Shown: positions 9,608 to 19,888, counted from the stretch's first letter. The stretch is DNA of 64,000 nucleotides from Dehalococcoidia bacterium (GCA_963663135.2 CAXXRM010000005.1:99304-163303); one strand, 5' to 3'. The notes: generated by a model not told the origin, from the letters alone. Translations and numbers: made by a program.

Positions 9608-10315
9608 TTGCAGAGATTGGTCCTTTTCGACATCGACCAAACCTTGGTCAGCATTGGAGGCGCTAACCGCCCGCAGCGGCAGGCGCTAGACATCGCTTTT
9701 GAACAAATCTATGGCGTTCCCAATGCCTTTCAGGATGTTGCTTTTACCGGTGGGATGGACTTGCCGCTAATGGCTGAGGTTTACCAAAAGTGGGGCATGA
9801 TCACGGGCGCCTTGGAGGATTTCCCGGATATGTCCGATTTCAAAGCGGCCTATTTCGATCACCTGACCGGGCTTCTGGAGACCTGGAACGAGGGGGTAGT
9901 GTGCCCGGGAGTTGTGGACCTGCTCGAAGCTCTGGCCTTGAATCCGGTGGTCCAGCTGGGGTTGGAGACCGGCAACTTCAGAGAGGCTGCCTTTATCAAG
10001 CTCCGTAGGTACGGCCTCGATGCCTTCTTTGAAGATGGAGGGTTTGGAGGAGATTGCACTGAGAGGCGCCAGGTTGTTGCCGCTGCAATTGCCAGTTGCC
10101 AGGGGAAGTCCGGACGGACCTACAGACCTGGAGACGTGTTCCTCGTCGGGGATTCGCCTTCAGATTTAGAGGCCGGCAACGCCAACGGGGTGCGGACTCT
10201 GGCTGTCGCCACTGGCTTCTATTCGGTGGAAGATCTGGCGAAACTCAACCCCAGCTATGTTCTGCCGGACCTATCCGATACTGAAGGGGTGCTGGGCTTG
10301 CTGCTTGGGCCGTAA
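9608..10315 (+). CDS. HAD-superfamily hydrolase (phosphoglycolate phosphatase-like)
   Basis: DxDxT motif LVLFDIDQTLV and motif IV VGDSPSDLEAGNANG. TTG at 9608 is preceded by GGAGGG, and the listed ORF start at 9587 is an alternative. Confidence 0.8.
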   Translation: MQRLVLFDIDQTLVSIGGANRPQRQALDIAFEQIYGVPNAFQDVAFTGGMDLPLMAEVYQKWGMITGALEDFPDMSDFKAAYFDHLTGLLETWNEGVVCPGVVDLLEALALNPVVQLGLETGNFREAAFIKLRRYGLDAFFEDGGFGGDCTERRQVVAAAIASCQGKSGRTYRPGDVFLVGDSPSDLEAGNANGVRTLAVATGFYSVEDLAKLNPSYVLPDLSDTEGVLGLLLGP

Positions 10316-10514
10316 CGGCTAGCTCGTGTCCAGGGACGCCTAACTCCCGGTGGGAACCAGGGTAAGCTGTAGAATCGAGCGTGGCAGCCGAACTATGTTC
10401 GCGTCCCACTGTAAGGTCATAGCTATCCCTGGCAGGGTGGCGCCGCGGTACTGTACTCTGCTCGGAGCAAAGTCTCTGGCCGCCGTATTCGCGGGCTGGG
10501 GAAGACGACCCCCG

Positions 10515-10949
10515 TTACGCCGGCTCCGCTACGAACACTGGAATCTTTCGCGTCGTCCGGGTCTGGTACTCCTCGTAGGGCGGGTAGGCTGCCACTGCCA
10601 GGTCCCATAGCCGCACCCGCTCCTCCTCGTCTTCAACCTCGCGGACTCGCATCGTGTAGGCCTCAGTCTCGTCCTGAATCTCCACGTTTCCGTCCGCCCG
10701 CAGGTTGTACACCCACACCGGGTTCTTCGGCGCGCCGCCCCGTGAGCCGACCAGAACGTAGTTGTTGCCGTCCTTTACCCGCATCAGCGGTGTCTTGCGG
10801 ATTGCCCCCGTCTGGTTCCCGAGGTTGGTGACAATGACGACGGGCATCCCGGTATCGCGCAGCGTCGTTCCCTCTTTGCCTCCGCTGCCCTCGTACAGTT
10901 CCACCTGCTCGCGCACCCAGTCGGAGGTTGATGGCATGTATTCGGCCAT
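10515..10949 (-). CDS. deazaflavin (F420H2)-dependent nitroreductase/quinone reductase family protein (Ddn-like)
   Basis: 144 aa. ...GAIRKTPLMRVKDGNNYVLVGSRGGAPKNPVWVYNLRADGNVEIQ... matches the F420H2_quin_red signature. Confidence 0.85.
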   Translation of the reverse strand: MAEYMPSTSDWVREQVELYEGSGGKEGTTLRDTGMPVVIVTNLGNQTGAIRKTPLMRVKDGNNYVLVGSRGGAPKNPVWVYNLRADGNVEIQDETEAYTMRVREVEDEEERVRLWDLAVAAYPPYEEYQTRTTRKIPVFVAEPA

Positions 10950-10984
10950 GATTCGCTCCTGTTTTCAGTTTGGTGCATCATATC

Positions 10985-11060
10985 ACCACAGAGAACGTAG
11001 AGGTTTGTGGGTCAGTAAGCCAATCCCAGAAAACTCCGCGCCCTATGGGTTCTCTGTGGT
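10985..11060. repeat. palindromic intergenic repeat, copy A (ACCACAGAGAAC ... GTTCTCTGTGGT)
   Basis: Perfect 12-bp inverted arms at 10985-10996 and 11049-11060. The right half, GAAAACTCCGCGCCCTATGGGTTCTCTGTGGTT, is near-identical to the right half of copy C. Confidence 0.7.
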
Positions 11061-11080
11061 TGAAAAGGCTCCGGGGCCGC

Positions 11081-11110
11081 TTGACACTTCCGGAGCAGCG
11101 CTCTTATAAT
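11081..11110 (+). promoter_or_regulatory. sigma70-type promoter upstream of pyrG
   Basis: TTGACA (11081-11086), an 18-nt spacer, then TATAAT (11105-11110), about 108 nt upstream of the pyrG ATG. Confidence 0.5.
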
Positions 11111-11217
11111 TAGGTTTGCCGACAAAAAGCCACTCCCGTGGGTTTCTTTGCTCGGCTCTAGCTCCTTTTTTGTTTCCCAACGGTTTTCTCCCCGAACTAT
11201 GCCTCTAACGCAGGTGC

Positions 11218-12861
11218 ATGGCCACAAAATATATTTTCGTGACTGGCGGAGTGGTCAGTTCTATCGGCAAAGGGATTAGCGTCGCCTCCATCGGACGGAT
11301 CCTCAAAAGCCGCAGTATCTCCGTCTCCGTTTTGAAGCTCGATCCTTACCTGAACGTGGACCCCGGCACCATGTCCCCCTATCAACACGGAGAGGTTTTT
11401 GTCACCAAGGACGGCGGCGAGACCGACCTGGACCTGGGCCATTATGAACGCTTCATTGACGCCGATCTCACCAGGACTTCCAACCTCACCGCCGGGCAGG
11501 TCTACTTGAGCCTGCTGGCCAAAGAGCGCCAGGGCGATTTTCTGGGCGGCACCATCCAGGCGGTACCCCACGTCACCAACGAGATCAAAGACAAGATAAT
11601 CGCCCTGGCAGACGAGTCCCAGGCCGAGGTCATCGTGGTGGAAGTCGGCGGCACTGTGGGTGACATTGAGGGCCTGCCCTTTTTGGAAGCAATACGCCAA
11701 ATCCGGAACGACGTGGGCCGAGACAACGTTTTGTACGTTCACCTGACCCTTCTGCCCTACCTGGCGGCGGCGGCGGAGCTGAAGACCAAGCCGACGCAGC
11801 ACAGCGTGAAGGAGCTTCGGGCCACGGGCATCCAGCCCGACGTGATTCTCTGCCGCAGCGACTACGACGTGCCCGACTCCATCCGGAGCAAAATTTCTTC
11901 CTTCTGCGACGTGTCCGAAGACGCCGTGATCCCGATGACCACCGTCGACAATGTGTACGAGGTGCCGCTCCTTCTGGAGGAAGCCGGGTTGGGCCGGATA
12001 ATCACCGACCACCTGTGCCTTAGGGATGAGCCCGGGGACCTGTCCGACTGGTCGGTGATGGTCCAGAAAATGAAGGGGTTGAACGAGGGGCTGCCCATCG
12101 CCCTGGTCGGCAAGTACGTTGAGTATCCCGACTCCTACATATCGGTGAAGGAGGCCCTTCGCCACGCCGGACTGGCCCACGAAAAGGACATTGAAATCCA
12201 GTGGGTCCACTCCGAAGACGTGGAGCGGTACGGGCCCGGCAGCCTGCTGGCCAACGCCTGCGGAATTGTGGTGCCCGGCGGTTTTGGCCCCCGCGGCGTG
12301 GAGGGGATGGTGGAAACCGTCCGGTACGCCAGGGAGCACCAGGTCCCGTACCTGGGCCTATGCCTGGGGCTCCAGGTTATGGTGATCGAGTGGGCCCGTA
12401 ACATGATGGGCCTGACCGGGGCGAACTCATCGGAGTTGGACCCGGACACGCCCCACCCGGTGGTCCACATCATGCCCGACCAGCGCTCCGTCACCGCCAT
12501 GGGCGGCACCATGCGCCTCGGGTCATACCCCTGCCAACCCTTGGCCAACACCCAAACCATGGCCGCCTACCAAAAGCCCCTGGTCAACGAAAGGCACCGG
12601 CACCGGTTTGAGTTGAACAACTCCTACCGGGAGGCTTTGGAGAACTCCGGCTTTGTCATTGGCGGCGTGTCCCCCGATGGCAACCTGGTGGAAACCGGGG
12701 AGATCGGCGGCCATCCCTTCATGCTGGGCGTCCAGTTCCACCCGGAGTTCCAGTCCCGGCCTAACCGGCCCCATCCCCTCTTCTCGCAATTCATTGCGGC
12801 CGCCCGGCAGACCATCCGCGAGGGTGGCCAGCCGCCGCTGCCTCTGCCCGAATATGGTTAA
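11218..12861 (+). CDS. pyrG: CTP synthase
   Basis: 547 aa. MATKYIFVTGGVVSSIGKGI N-terminus, and a GATase domain with LGLCLGLQ and HRHRFE motifs. Confidence 0.97.
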   Translation: MATKYIFVTGGVVSSIGKGISVASIGRILKSRSISVSVLKLDPYLNVDPGTMSPYQHGEVFVTKDGGETDLDLGHYERFIDADLTRTSNLTAGQVYLSLLAKERQGDFLGGTIQAVPHVTNEIKDKIIALADESQAEVIVVEVGGTVGDIEGLPFLEAIRQIRNDVGRDNVLYVHLTLLPYLAAAAELKTKPTQHSVKELRATGIQPDVILCRSDYDVPDSIRSKISSFCDVSEDAVIPMTTVDNVYEVPLLLEEAGLGRIITDHLCLRDEPGDLSDWSVMVQKMKGLNEGLPIALVGKYVEYPDSYISVKEALRHAGLAHEKDIEIQWVHSEDVERYGPGSLLANACGIVVPGGFGPRGVEGMVETVRYAREHQVPYLGLCLGLQVMVIEWARNMMGLTGANSSELDPDTPHPVVHIMPDQRSVTAMGGTMRLGSYPCQPLANTQTMAAYQKPLVNERHRHRFELNNSYREALENSGFVIGGVSPDGNLVETGEIGGHPFMLGVQFHPEFQSRPNRPHPLFSQFIAAARQTIREGGQPPLPLPEYG

Positions 12862-12863
12862 AT

Positions 12864-12942
12864 CACCACGGAGAGCGCAGAGAACACAGGGTTTTTTTGA
12901 ATTTGGTCAATTAACCCAAAAATCCCTGTGTCCCTGCGTGGT
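12864..12942. repeat. palindromic intergenic repeat, copy B (opposite orientation)
   Basis: CACCACGGAGAGCGCAGAGAACACAGGG (12864-12891) pairs imperfectly with CCCTGTGTCCCTGCGTGGT (12924-12942). The long arm is the reverse complement of the about 38-nt unit seen in copies A and C. It starts 3 nt after the pyrG stop. Confidence 0.65.
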
Positions 12943-12983
12943 AAAAAAGGCTCAGGCCGTTAAAACGTGCAGGTGGTGACGTT

Positions 12984-13643
12984 GTGAAGCTGTTTTTGGA
13001 CACTGCAAACTTCCAGGAGATCGAGAGCGGCGCCCGGTTGGGGGTAATCAGCGGAGTAACCACCAATCCGTCGCTGGCCGCCAGCGAGGGTATCGGCGAC
13101 CGGGAGAGCTACAAGGTTGCGGTCCAGGCCATCGCCGAGGTGGTTGACGGGCCAATCTCGGTTGAGGTGGTCAGCCAGGACGCCGCCGGGATGATTTCCG
13201 AAGGCCGGGAGATCGCCGAATGGATCCCGAATCCCTGGGTGAAGATACCCAGCACGGAAGCGGGGTTTGAGGCCATTTCAGTGCTGGCCCGGGACGGCGT
13301 TAAGATCAACCAGACGCTGTGCTTTTCGACCAACCAGGCTTTGCTGGGCGTTCAGGCCGGGTCCACGGTGGTCAGCCCCTTCGTCGGGCGACTGGACGAC
13401 ATCGGGGAGACCGGGATGGACCTGGTGACCGACATCGTTGACGTGTTCAAGAAGCACAATATTTTGACGCTGGTCATGGCCGCCAGCATCCGCCACACGC
13501 TGCACTGCACCCTGGCGGCGCGGGCCGGGGCCCACATTGCCACCGTGCCGTACAAGGTGCTGCGGCAGATGGTCAACCACCCGCTGACCGACGCGGGCGT
13601 ATCCCGGTTCCAGTCCGATTGGGACCAAGCGGGCAAGCCATGA
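12984..13643 (+). CDS. tal: transaldolase / fructose-6-phosphate aldolase (short type)
   Basis: 219 aa. MKLFLDTANFQEIE...GVTTNPSL...VKIP...INQTLCFS...SPFVGRLDD. Confidence 0.92.
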   Translation: MKLFLDTANFQEIESGARLGVISGVTTNPSLAASEGIGDRESYKVAVQAIAEVVDGPISVEVVSQDAAGMISEGREIAEWIPNPWVKIPSTEAGFEAISVLARDGVKINQTLCFSTNQALLGVQAGSTVVSPFVGRLDDIGETGMDLVTDIVDVFKKHNILTLVMAASIRHTLHCTLAARAGAHIATVPYKVLRQMVNHPLTDAGVSRFQSDWDQAGKP

Positions 13644-13996
13644 AGCTAATTTACGGTTCCCATCCTTAATTTCATGCCTTACTCCAATGTTTTAAGCACT
13701 CCTTCTTTCCCACACTTTCAGTGCCCGGCTCAACACCCGACCCCGGCATTGCCCAAGAATTTTCCGGGCGCTTACCCTCCCGGCCTGCTCCGTCATCCCG
13801 GGCAGTTCACCGCAATTTCACGTTTTTGTCCCGAACGGGCAATCCGAACAGGCACTCCCAACGGAGTGAAAGACTGTACCCTTATATCCACCATCGAGCG
13901 GCGCCGGGCCGGGTTTAGCCCCCGGCAGGGCGCTAGGAAACCAACGGCGTAGGCCTGCATTGTAGCGAGGTGATCGTGGTTACTACTCAGCGACAC

Positions 13997-15265
13997 ATGG
14001 ACGTAGTTGAACTGGGGGCCAAGAGCAAGGAGGAGCTTCTGGCGCTGGCCCCCGACGTCGGCCTGGCCGACAACGGCAACCTGGCCGGCCTGAGGCGGGA
14101 GGAACTGCTCAGCCGGATGTTCCAGGTCGCATCGTCCCAGCAAAACCTGGTGGCCTCGGGGATGCTGGAGACCATGGACGACGGCTACGGCTTCCTGCGG
14201 CAGGTGAATTCCCACTCCGGTTCCGGGGACGTGTACATCTCCCAGTCCCAGATCCGCCGATTCGGCCTGCGCACTGGGGACACCGTAACCGGGCAGGTGC
14301 GGCCTCCCAAGGAAGGCGAGCGTTATTTCGGGCTGGTCCGCGTCGAAAAAATCAATGGGCTCAACACCGACCAGGTCCAGTCCCGCTCCCGGCCCATGTT
14401 CGAGCACCTGACTCCTATCTTCCCAGAAAAACAGTTGCTTCTGGAAACCGACGCCAACAACCTATCCACCCGCATGGTGGACCTCTTCGCCCCCGTGGGA
14501 TTCGGCCAGCGAGGTCTGATTGTCTCGCCCCCCAAGGCCGGCAAGACCACCATCCTGAAACACCTGGCCCATGCCGTCTCGGTCAACGCTCCGGAGGCCA
14601 CCCTGATGGTGGTGCTCATCGGCGAGCGGCCGGAGGAAGTCACCGAAATGCGCCGGGCGGTGCACGGCGACGTGTTCGCCTCGACCTTCGACGACTCGGT
14701 GGAGGACCAGTGCCGGGTGGGCGAGCTGGCCCTGGAGCGGGCCAAACGTCTGGTGGAATTCGGCCAGAACGTCGTGGTCCTGCTGGACAGCATCACCCGC
14801 CTGACCCGGGCCTACAACCTGGCAGTGCCCAGCAGCGGGCGCACCCTGTCGGGAGGCATTGACCCGGTCGCCCTGTACCCGCCCAAGAAGTTCATCGGCG
14901 CCGCCCGCAACATCGAGGACGGCGGCAGCCTGACCATCATCGCCAACTGCCTGGTCGACACCGGCAGCCGTATGGACGAGGTCATCTACGAGGAGTTCAA
15001 GGGCACCGGCAACATGGAGCTGCACCTGGACCGGCGTCTGGCGGAAAGGCGCTTTTTCCCGGCCATTGACCTGATACGCAGCGGCACCCGCCGAGAGGAA
15101 CTGCTCTTCTCCGAGGACACGCTCAAGCAAATCTGGCTGCTCCGCCGCATGATCAGCCTCATCTCCAACGAGGGCTCGGTAAACGCCACCGAGCGGGTCC
15201 TGGAAAGAATGGCCAAAACCGCCAGCAACCAGGAATTCCTGGCCAACTTGAACAAAGAAGTCTAA
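13997..15265 (+). CDS. rho: transcription termination factor Rho
   Basis: N-terminal RNA-binding part (GYGFLRQ), Walker A PPKAGKT, and [13 protein letters not shown]. The listed ORF starts at 13970 (GTG), but ATG at 13997 ([18 protein letters not shown]) fits the family N-terminus better. Confidence 0.95.
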   Translation: MDVVELGAKSKEELLALAPDVGLADNGNLAGLRREELLSRMFQVASSQQNLVASGMLETMDDGYGFLRQVNSHSGSGDVYISQSQIRRFGLRTGDTVTGQVRPPKEGERYFGLVRVEKINGLNTDQVQSRSRPMFEHLTPIFPEKQLLLETDANNLSTRMVDLFAPVGFGQRGLIVSPPKAGKTTILKHLAHAVSVNAPEATLMVVLIGERPEEVTEMRRAVHGDVFASTFDDSVEDQCRVGELALERAKRLVEFGQNVVVLLDSITRLTRAYNLAVPSSGRTLSGGIDPVALYPPKKFIGAARNIEDGGSLTIIANCLVDTGSRMDEVIYEEFKGTGNMELHLDRRLAERRFFPAIDLIRSGTRREELLFSEDTLKQIWLLRRMISLISNEGSVNATERVLERMAKTASNQEFLANLNKEV

Positions 15266-15547
15266 CCCGCCGGCCCGGCGCCCGCGCCACAACAGCGCCG
15301 GCCCCGGCGAACACCCAACCACGCCCCGCGCATCCCAATCCGTCAATCTCGATTGCTTCCTCTTTCCCAGCGCGTTATTTCCGCCGCCATGCGCGCGGCC
15401 AATGCCGCGCCATCCGTCATTCCGGTTTTGGCTTGGGGAAGATTCTCGGCCGCGACTTGCCCAAAGTCGAAGACCGCGGTGGACCCGGTTTCAGAGAAGA
15501 CCGGTTAAGTGAGAACTCTGCTCCTCAACCAATGACGCAGGTGGCCC

Positions 15548-15730
15548 TTCAGGGGGAGTGAAGTCAAAAGACCGGAAGAAGCACAGCCGCCATCATTCAG
15601 GGCCGAGGCGGCCCTGGAAGCGTTCAAGTGCGAGGAAAGAATGGACTAGTTGGCTGCTCGCCACCTCAAAGTCCATCCCGACCAGGTCGTGGCCCGGACT
15701 TCAGGTCTTCGGGAGCCAGTGACATGCTGA
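15548..15730 (+). pseudogene. relic of an IS3-family OrfA (HTH) transposase gene
   Basis: ...KRPEEAQPPSFRAEAALEAFKCEERMD-TAG(15647-15649)-LAARHLKVHPDQVV... resembles the ...FKAKVALEALKGE.T..ELA..F.VHPNQ... pattern of IS3 OrfA. It has an in-frame stop and no OrfB. Confidence 0.4.
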
Positions 15731-16316
15731 CTTGGCACAAGGCAGCGCCCTTCTGAGATGGGAGGCGGGGCCGTTGGGAAACCGGCTCCTCGAGGGGCTG
15801 CCCATCATCTCGGGGGTGAGGGCTAGGACAATGCCGGGTTCTCCGGGTAGTTCCTCAAACTCTTTGACCGCGGCTTGCAGCTCTGCCAAGTTGGGCAAGG
15901 TAGCGCAGAATCCCATCCAGTCCGGGTGTCTTCGCATCTTGGTGAAGACGTAGTAAAGCTGCCTGGTATCCGGCGGCACTCCATTGCCACTCCAATGGTG
16001 GTTGAGGACTCTCCTGCGCGGGCAATCCGGAGCATCAGTTGGACCAGATCGTCTCGGTCTTGGACCTGGGGAAGTTCTTTTTGAAACTGGGATATGGCCG
16101 ACATCTCGTATTCCGGGGTCCGCAGGCACTCGATCAAGTTCCGGAGATCCACGCCCCCTGGTTGACGGGATTCTGGTCTGTGGACTGGGTGCCGCCGGTC
16201 GGCTTGGCGCTGGATTCGTACAGTTCCTGCGCTTGGTTATACCGTTTTCTTGAAGGTGTGCCCGGCCAGCTGAGAATCTCATCTACGTGTTGATGTTCTT
16301 TTTCGAACAGGGTCAT
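15701..16316 (-). pseudogene. multiply frameshifted gene of unknown function directly downstream of rnd
   Basis: ATG at 16316 lies 3 nt after the rnd stop. Protein-like segments continue across three minus frames: MTLFEKEHQHVDEILSW..., then DLRNLIECLRTPEYEMSAISQFQKELPQVQDRDDLVQLMLRIARAGE..., then LYYVFTKMRRHPDWMGFCATLPNLAELQAAVKEFEELPGEPGIVLALTPE. Confidence 0.3.
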
Positions 16317-16318
16317 GT

Positions 16319-17506
16319 CTAGCCTGTCTCCGGGTCTGGGTAATTCAGAGTTGCTAGAACCCTCCGCAACGCGGCTCCGAACTCGCGTCTCTGCCAACTC
16401 CGAACTTCAGGACTAAGGAACTCAGAGTCCAGGTCGCCGGGCCGCCGGGCCAGGCGTTCCAGACTAACCGTCGGCCAAAGAAGGCTCGGATCCATTCGGA
16501 GATCTCGGCCCAATTGCCCGCGCCAGGTCTTGAGAACCCGCAGGTGAAGCATGACCCTCTTCCGCTCCGCTGGATCCAATGCGTCTTCGTTCCGAGCCGG
16601 CTTCGGACGGGTTACGTGCGGAGCCGCGAGTCCTTGGTCGATTGCGGCTCTCAGACCTTGACTGGCCGGCGAACGCCCAAATTGGCCCAGACCCTTGACA
16701 GTCGAGAGATCGGCCGTGGGCTCAGAAGCCACTTGGACCAGAGCGAAGTCCGGTATTATCCTGAAGCGCGAACGGTCAAGCCGGCTGGCCTCTTGTTCGC
16801 GAAACTGGAACAGCGAGCGGAGAATGGCCAAGCCTCTCCCGTCCAGGCCCTGGCTGCCCTTGACCGAAAGGAAGGCCGACTCGCGGTCGGCGGGCGTATG
16901 TTTCACATTCTCCAGGCGCGTGAACTCCTCTTTCGCCCATTCAAGCCGGCATAACTCTGTCAATTGCGATACCAGCGCTTCGCGGACACGCGAAAGATAC
17001 AGAACGTCGTTGGCTGCGTAGTTTAGCGCTTCGAGACTTAGAGGCCGCAGCGTCCAGTCGGAGCGCTGGAGTTCGATGGGCTTGGCCAATTCGATCCCAA
17101 GGTATTCCTGCACTACGGACTGCAAACCCAACCGTGTCGAGCCAACGAAGGCGGCGGCAATGCCGGTGTCGAACAAATTGTTGACCCGGAATCCCCAGTC
17201 CCGGTCGAGACTACGCAAATCGTAGTCGGCGCCATGAAAGACCTTCTCCACTGATTGGTCGCCAAGAAGGTCCCCCAGCGGCTGGATGTCGTCTATCGCC
17301 AGCGGATCGACCAGGAAGGCGGTTTCGTACGCCGCGAGCTGGACCAAGCAGACGCGCTCATGGTACCTGAAGAAACCGTTCGACTCGATATCGACGGCGA
17401 CTCGGGGCGCTCTCGATATACGATCGACGACTTCGGATAGGTGAGGTCCAGTGTTAACCAGTTCGGTCCGGCTCATACCTGTAAACATCTCAACGGCATC
17501 ACACAT
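16319..17506 (-). CDS. rnd: ribonuclease D (DEDD 3'-5' exonuclease plus HRDC domain)
   Basis: VAVDIESNGFF...VCLVQLA... (ExoI), FHGADYDLRSL (ExoII), YAANDVLYL (ExoIII), followed by an HRDC-like region. The exact start is uncertain. Confidence 0.85.
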   Translation of the reverse strand: MCDAVEMFTGMSRTELVNTGPHLSEVVDRISRAPRVAVDIESNGFFRYHERVCLVQLAAYETAFLVDPLAIDDIQPLGDLLGDQSVEKVFHGADYDLRSLDRDWGFRVNNLFDTGIAAAFVGSTRLGLQSVVQEYLGIELAKPIELQRSDWTLRPLSLEALNYAANDVLYLSRVREALVSQLTELCRLEWAKEEFTRLENVKHTPADRESAFLSVKGSQGLDGRGLAILRSLFQFREQEASRLDRSRFRIIPDFALVQVASEPTADLSTVKGLGQFGRSPASQGLRAAIDQGLAAPHVTRPKPARNEDALDPAERKRVMLHLRVLKTWRGQLGRDLRMDPSLLWPTVSLERLARRPGDLDSEFLSPEVRSWQRREFGAALRRVLATLNYPDPETG

Positions 17507-17744
17507 CGCCCGGCCGGTGAATTAACCCACTGGCATCCCAAATGGCTTCGAGATTATAACTTTTGGAAGACCCGTGCATAATCGCCGGGATAGGCGGAAC
17601 TACCTGGGTTTGAACGTGGATGAACTCCCAATCCCACTCTGATCCGAGGTCATTCCAAGGTCTCCTGCAGTCACAATGACGGAGGATCTGTTGGTGTCGA
17701 GACTCCCTCGGGACGTTTCCAGGCCGAGCTTGTGGATCGCTCTA

Positions 17745-18221
17745 CTATTCCTCTACTTCCAGTTGCTCCACGCGGCCCTGGTGCACGGCGGCCCAATGCC
17801 CTGCCCACTCCTCGCGGGTGGCGCGCTCGGTGCGGCCCGGCACGTAGGCGGGAGAAACCACTGGCAGCGCCCGCTCCACCTTGACCAGGACGTAGGCCCG
17901 TGCCGGTAGTTGCACCTGCGCCACGCCGCGGCTGCCGGTCTCGAAGGCCAGGCATATTTCGTCGAACAGTTCACCCGGCTCGACAATAGTGGCCGTCCCC
18001 TTGAAGCGGTACCCCTTTCGGGAGAACACGTCCACCACGTTCAGTTCCAGCACCGGGTTATGGCGTAGGTTGGCCATCGTTGCCGGAGACGCCAGGTCGG
18101 CAAACACCAGGTGGTCGTCGTCCCATATCGCCGCCGTTCCCTTAGGTGAAAGGTTGGGCGTTCCGTCGGGGCAGACGGTGGCGACGAACCCCAGCCGCTG
18201 CTGGCGAACCACACGCTTCAT
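17745..18221 (-). CDS. pyridoxamine 5'-phosphate oxidase family (FMN/F420-binding split barrel) protein
   Basis: MKRVVRQQRLGFVATVCPDGTPNLSPKGTAAIWDDDHLVFADLASPATMANLRHNP... The part of listed ORF 17745..18578 upstream of this Met is low-complexity and Arg-rich, so probably non-coding. Confidence 0.8.
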   Translation of the reverse strand: MKRVVRQQRLGFVATVCPDGTPNLSPKGTAAIWDDDHLVFADLASPATMANLRHNPVLELNVVDVFSRKGYRFKGTATIVEPGELFDEICLAFETGSRGVAQVQLPARAYVLVKVERALPVVSPAYVPGRTERATREEWAGHWAAVHQGRVEQLEVEE

Positions 18222-18599
18222 GTCATCATCAAGAATTCCCACTCCGGTCTCCTCATGGTTGTATTGGCGGTAGCGCCATAGTGTGGCAGCGCCGCGGGCT
18301 CGCTTCCTGTGCACATGCCGTTTCCGCCCCCTATCATAGCCTGTGTGGTCATCAGCAGGAACCGGTTGATTAGCAGGTAGGCCAATCGCGCCGTCACCCA
18401 CCGCGTGGGTTGTCGGCGTTGCACTGTTGGGTCTAGAATTCCGCTTTGTGCATGGTCCGGTCAGACATGGGTTTCTTGCTGGGTCCTGGTCTTGCCGACA
18501 GTGGCGAGCCGAAGCATTCGTGTTTTTGAAACTGTGTAAACTACGGCGGCGCTGCCCTGGATCTCCCATCTGGAACATTCGGATTGGTGAGGAGAGAGC

Positions 18600-19823
18600 A
18601 TGATAGATAGTGGGGATACCGCCTGGGTACTAACCTCGTCGGCGTTGGTCTTCATCATGGTCCCGGGGCTGGCGTTTTTTTACGCGGGACTTGTCCGCAG
18701 CAAAAACGCCCTGTCCACCATCATGCAGTCCTTTATCGCTCTCGCCATTGTGGGTTTAACCTGGGTTTTGTGGGGATACAGCCTGGCGTTTGGCCCCGAC
18801 GTAGGGGGTTTTATCGGGAATCTGGAGTGGGCCGGACTCAACGGCGTGTCCGCCACGGAGGCCGGGCCTTACGCCGCCACGATTCCGCACCAGGCGTTCA
18901 TGGTCTTCCAGTCCAAGTTCGCCATTATCACGCCAGCCCTGATTGCCGGTGCATTCGCCGAGCGTATTAAATTCAGCACTTTCGTGATCTTCGTCGTTGT
19001 CTGGTCGACCGTCGTATACACGCCGCTGGCGCACTGGATGTGGGGGACCGGCGGTTGGCTGGGCGAGCTTGGAGCCCTCGACTTCGCGGGAGGAGCGGTC
19101 GTCCACATCAGTTCCGGGGCCGCAGCCCTGGCCGCGGCGATCATATTCGGTCGACGCCTGGGTTTCGGCCAGGTGGAGATGGCGCCTCACAACGTTCCTT
19201 ACGTGGTGCTCGGCGCTGCCCTTCTGTGGTTTGGCTGGTTTGGGTTCAACGCCGGGAGTGACTTGTCCTCGGCAGTAAGGGCTACCTCTGCCTTTGTGGT
19301 CACCCATATCTCCGCGTCAACCGCTGCGTTGGTATGGGTTGGGCTTGACTGGATATTAAACCGGAGACCCAGCGTGGTGGGAGCAGCGACGGGAGCCGTG
19401 GCAGGCTTGGCAACCATCACTCCGGCTTCGGGATTCGTGGGCCCCTTGCCGGCAGTGGTCATCGGTTTGGGCGCCGGCGCTTTGTGCTACACCGCCGTCT
19501 GGATAAAAACCCGAGTTAGGCTTGACGACTCCCTCGACGTTTGGGCCATCCACGGAGTGGGTGGAATCTGGGGCATGATTGCCACCGGGCTCTTCATCGG
19601 AGTCGGCTTCATGACTTTGGGTGACCTCACGGACCTGACCCGGGGAGAGCAGGTATTGAGGCAGCTAATCGCCGTCGGCGTGTCTTTCGGGTGGGCTTTC
19701 GTCACGACTCTCGCGATACTGTTGATCCTGAAATACACGATTGGGCTAAGGGTAGACGAGGAGCAGGAGCAAGAAGGTCTGGATATCTCCCAACACGGCG
19801 AGATGGCCTACCCCACACGGTAG
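18600..19823 (+). CDS. amt: ammonium transporter
   Basis: 407 aa. DTAWVLTSSALVFIMVPGLAFFYAGLVRSKN, DFAGGAVVHISSG and WGYHGVGG-type motifs (IHGVGGIWG). Confidence 0.95.
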   Translation: MIDSGDTAWVLTSSALVFIMVPGLAFFYAGLVRSKNALSTIMQSFIALAIVGLTWVLWGYSLAFGPDVGGFIGNLEWAGLNGVSATEAGPYAATIPHQAFMVFQSKFAIITPALIAGAFAERIKFSTFVIFVVVWSTVVYTPLAHWMWGTGGWLGELGALDFAGGAVVHISSGAAALAAAIIFGRRLGFGQVEMAPHNVPYVVLGAALLWFGWFGFNAGSDLSSAVRATSAFVVTHISASTAALVWVGLDWILNRRPSVVGAATGAVAGLATITPASGFVGPLPAVVIGLGAGALCYTAVWIKTRVRLDDSLDVWAIHGVGGIWGMIATGLFIGVGFMTLGDLTDLTRGEQVLRQLIAVGVSFGWAFVTTLAILLILKYTIGLRVDEEQEQEGLDISQHGEMAYPTR

Positions 19824-19888
19824 GGGGTCGACAACCGGCCGTCAGACCGGAGGGACTGGTGGTGACGCCCAGAATTTCAATGGAAACA

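Noticed and set aside
11197-12339. 380-aa ORF antisense to pyrG, plus similar long antisense ORFs at 14462..15346 (opposite rho), 23567..24718 (opposite the IS66 transposase), 35226..36185, 50783..51571, 54839..55639 and 60347..61009
   Set aside because: Each lies opposite a gene with unmistakable family motifs. Their translations are Gly/Arg/Pro/His-rich and low in complexity. These are typical shadow ORFs in GC-rich DNA.
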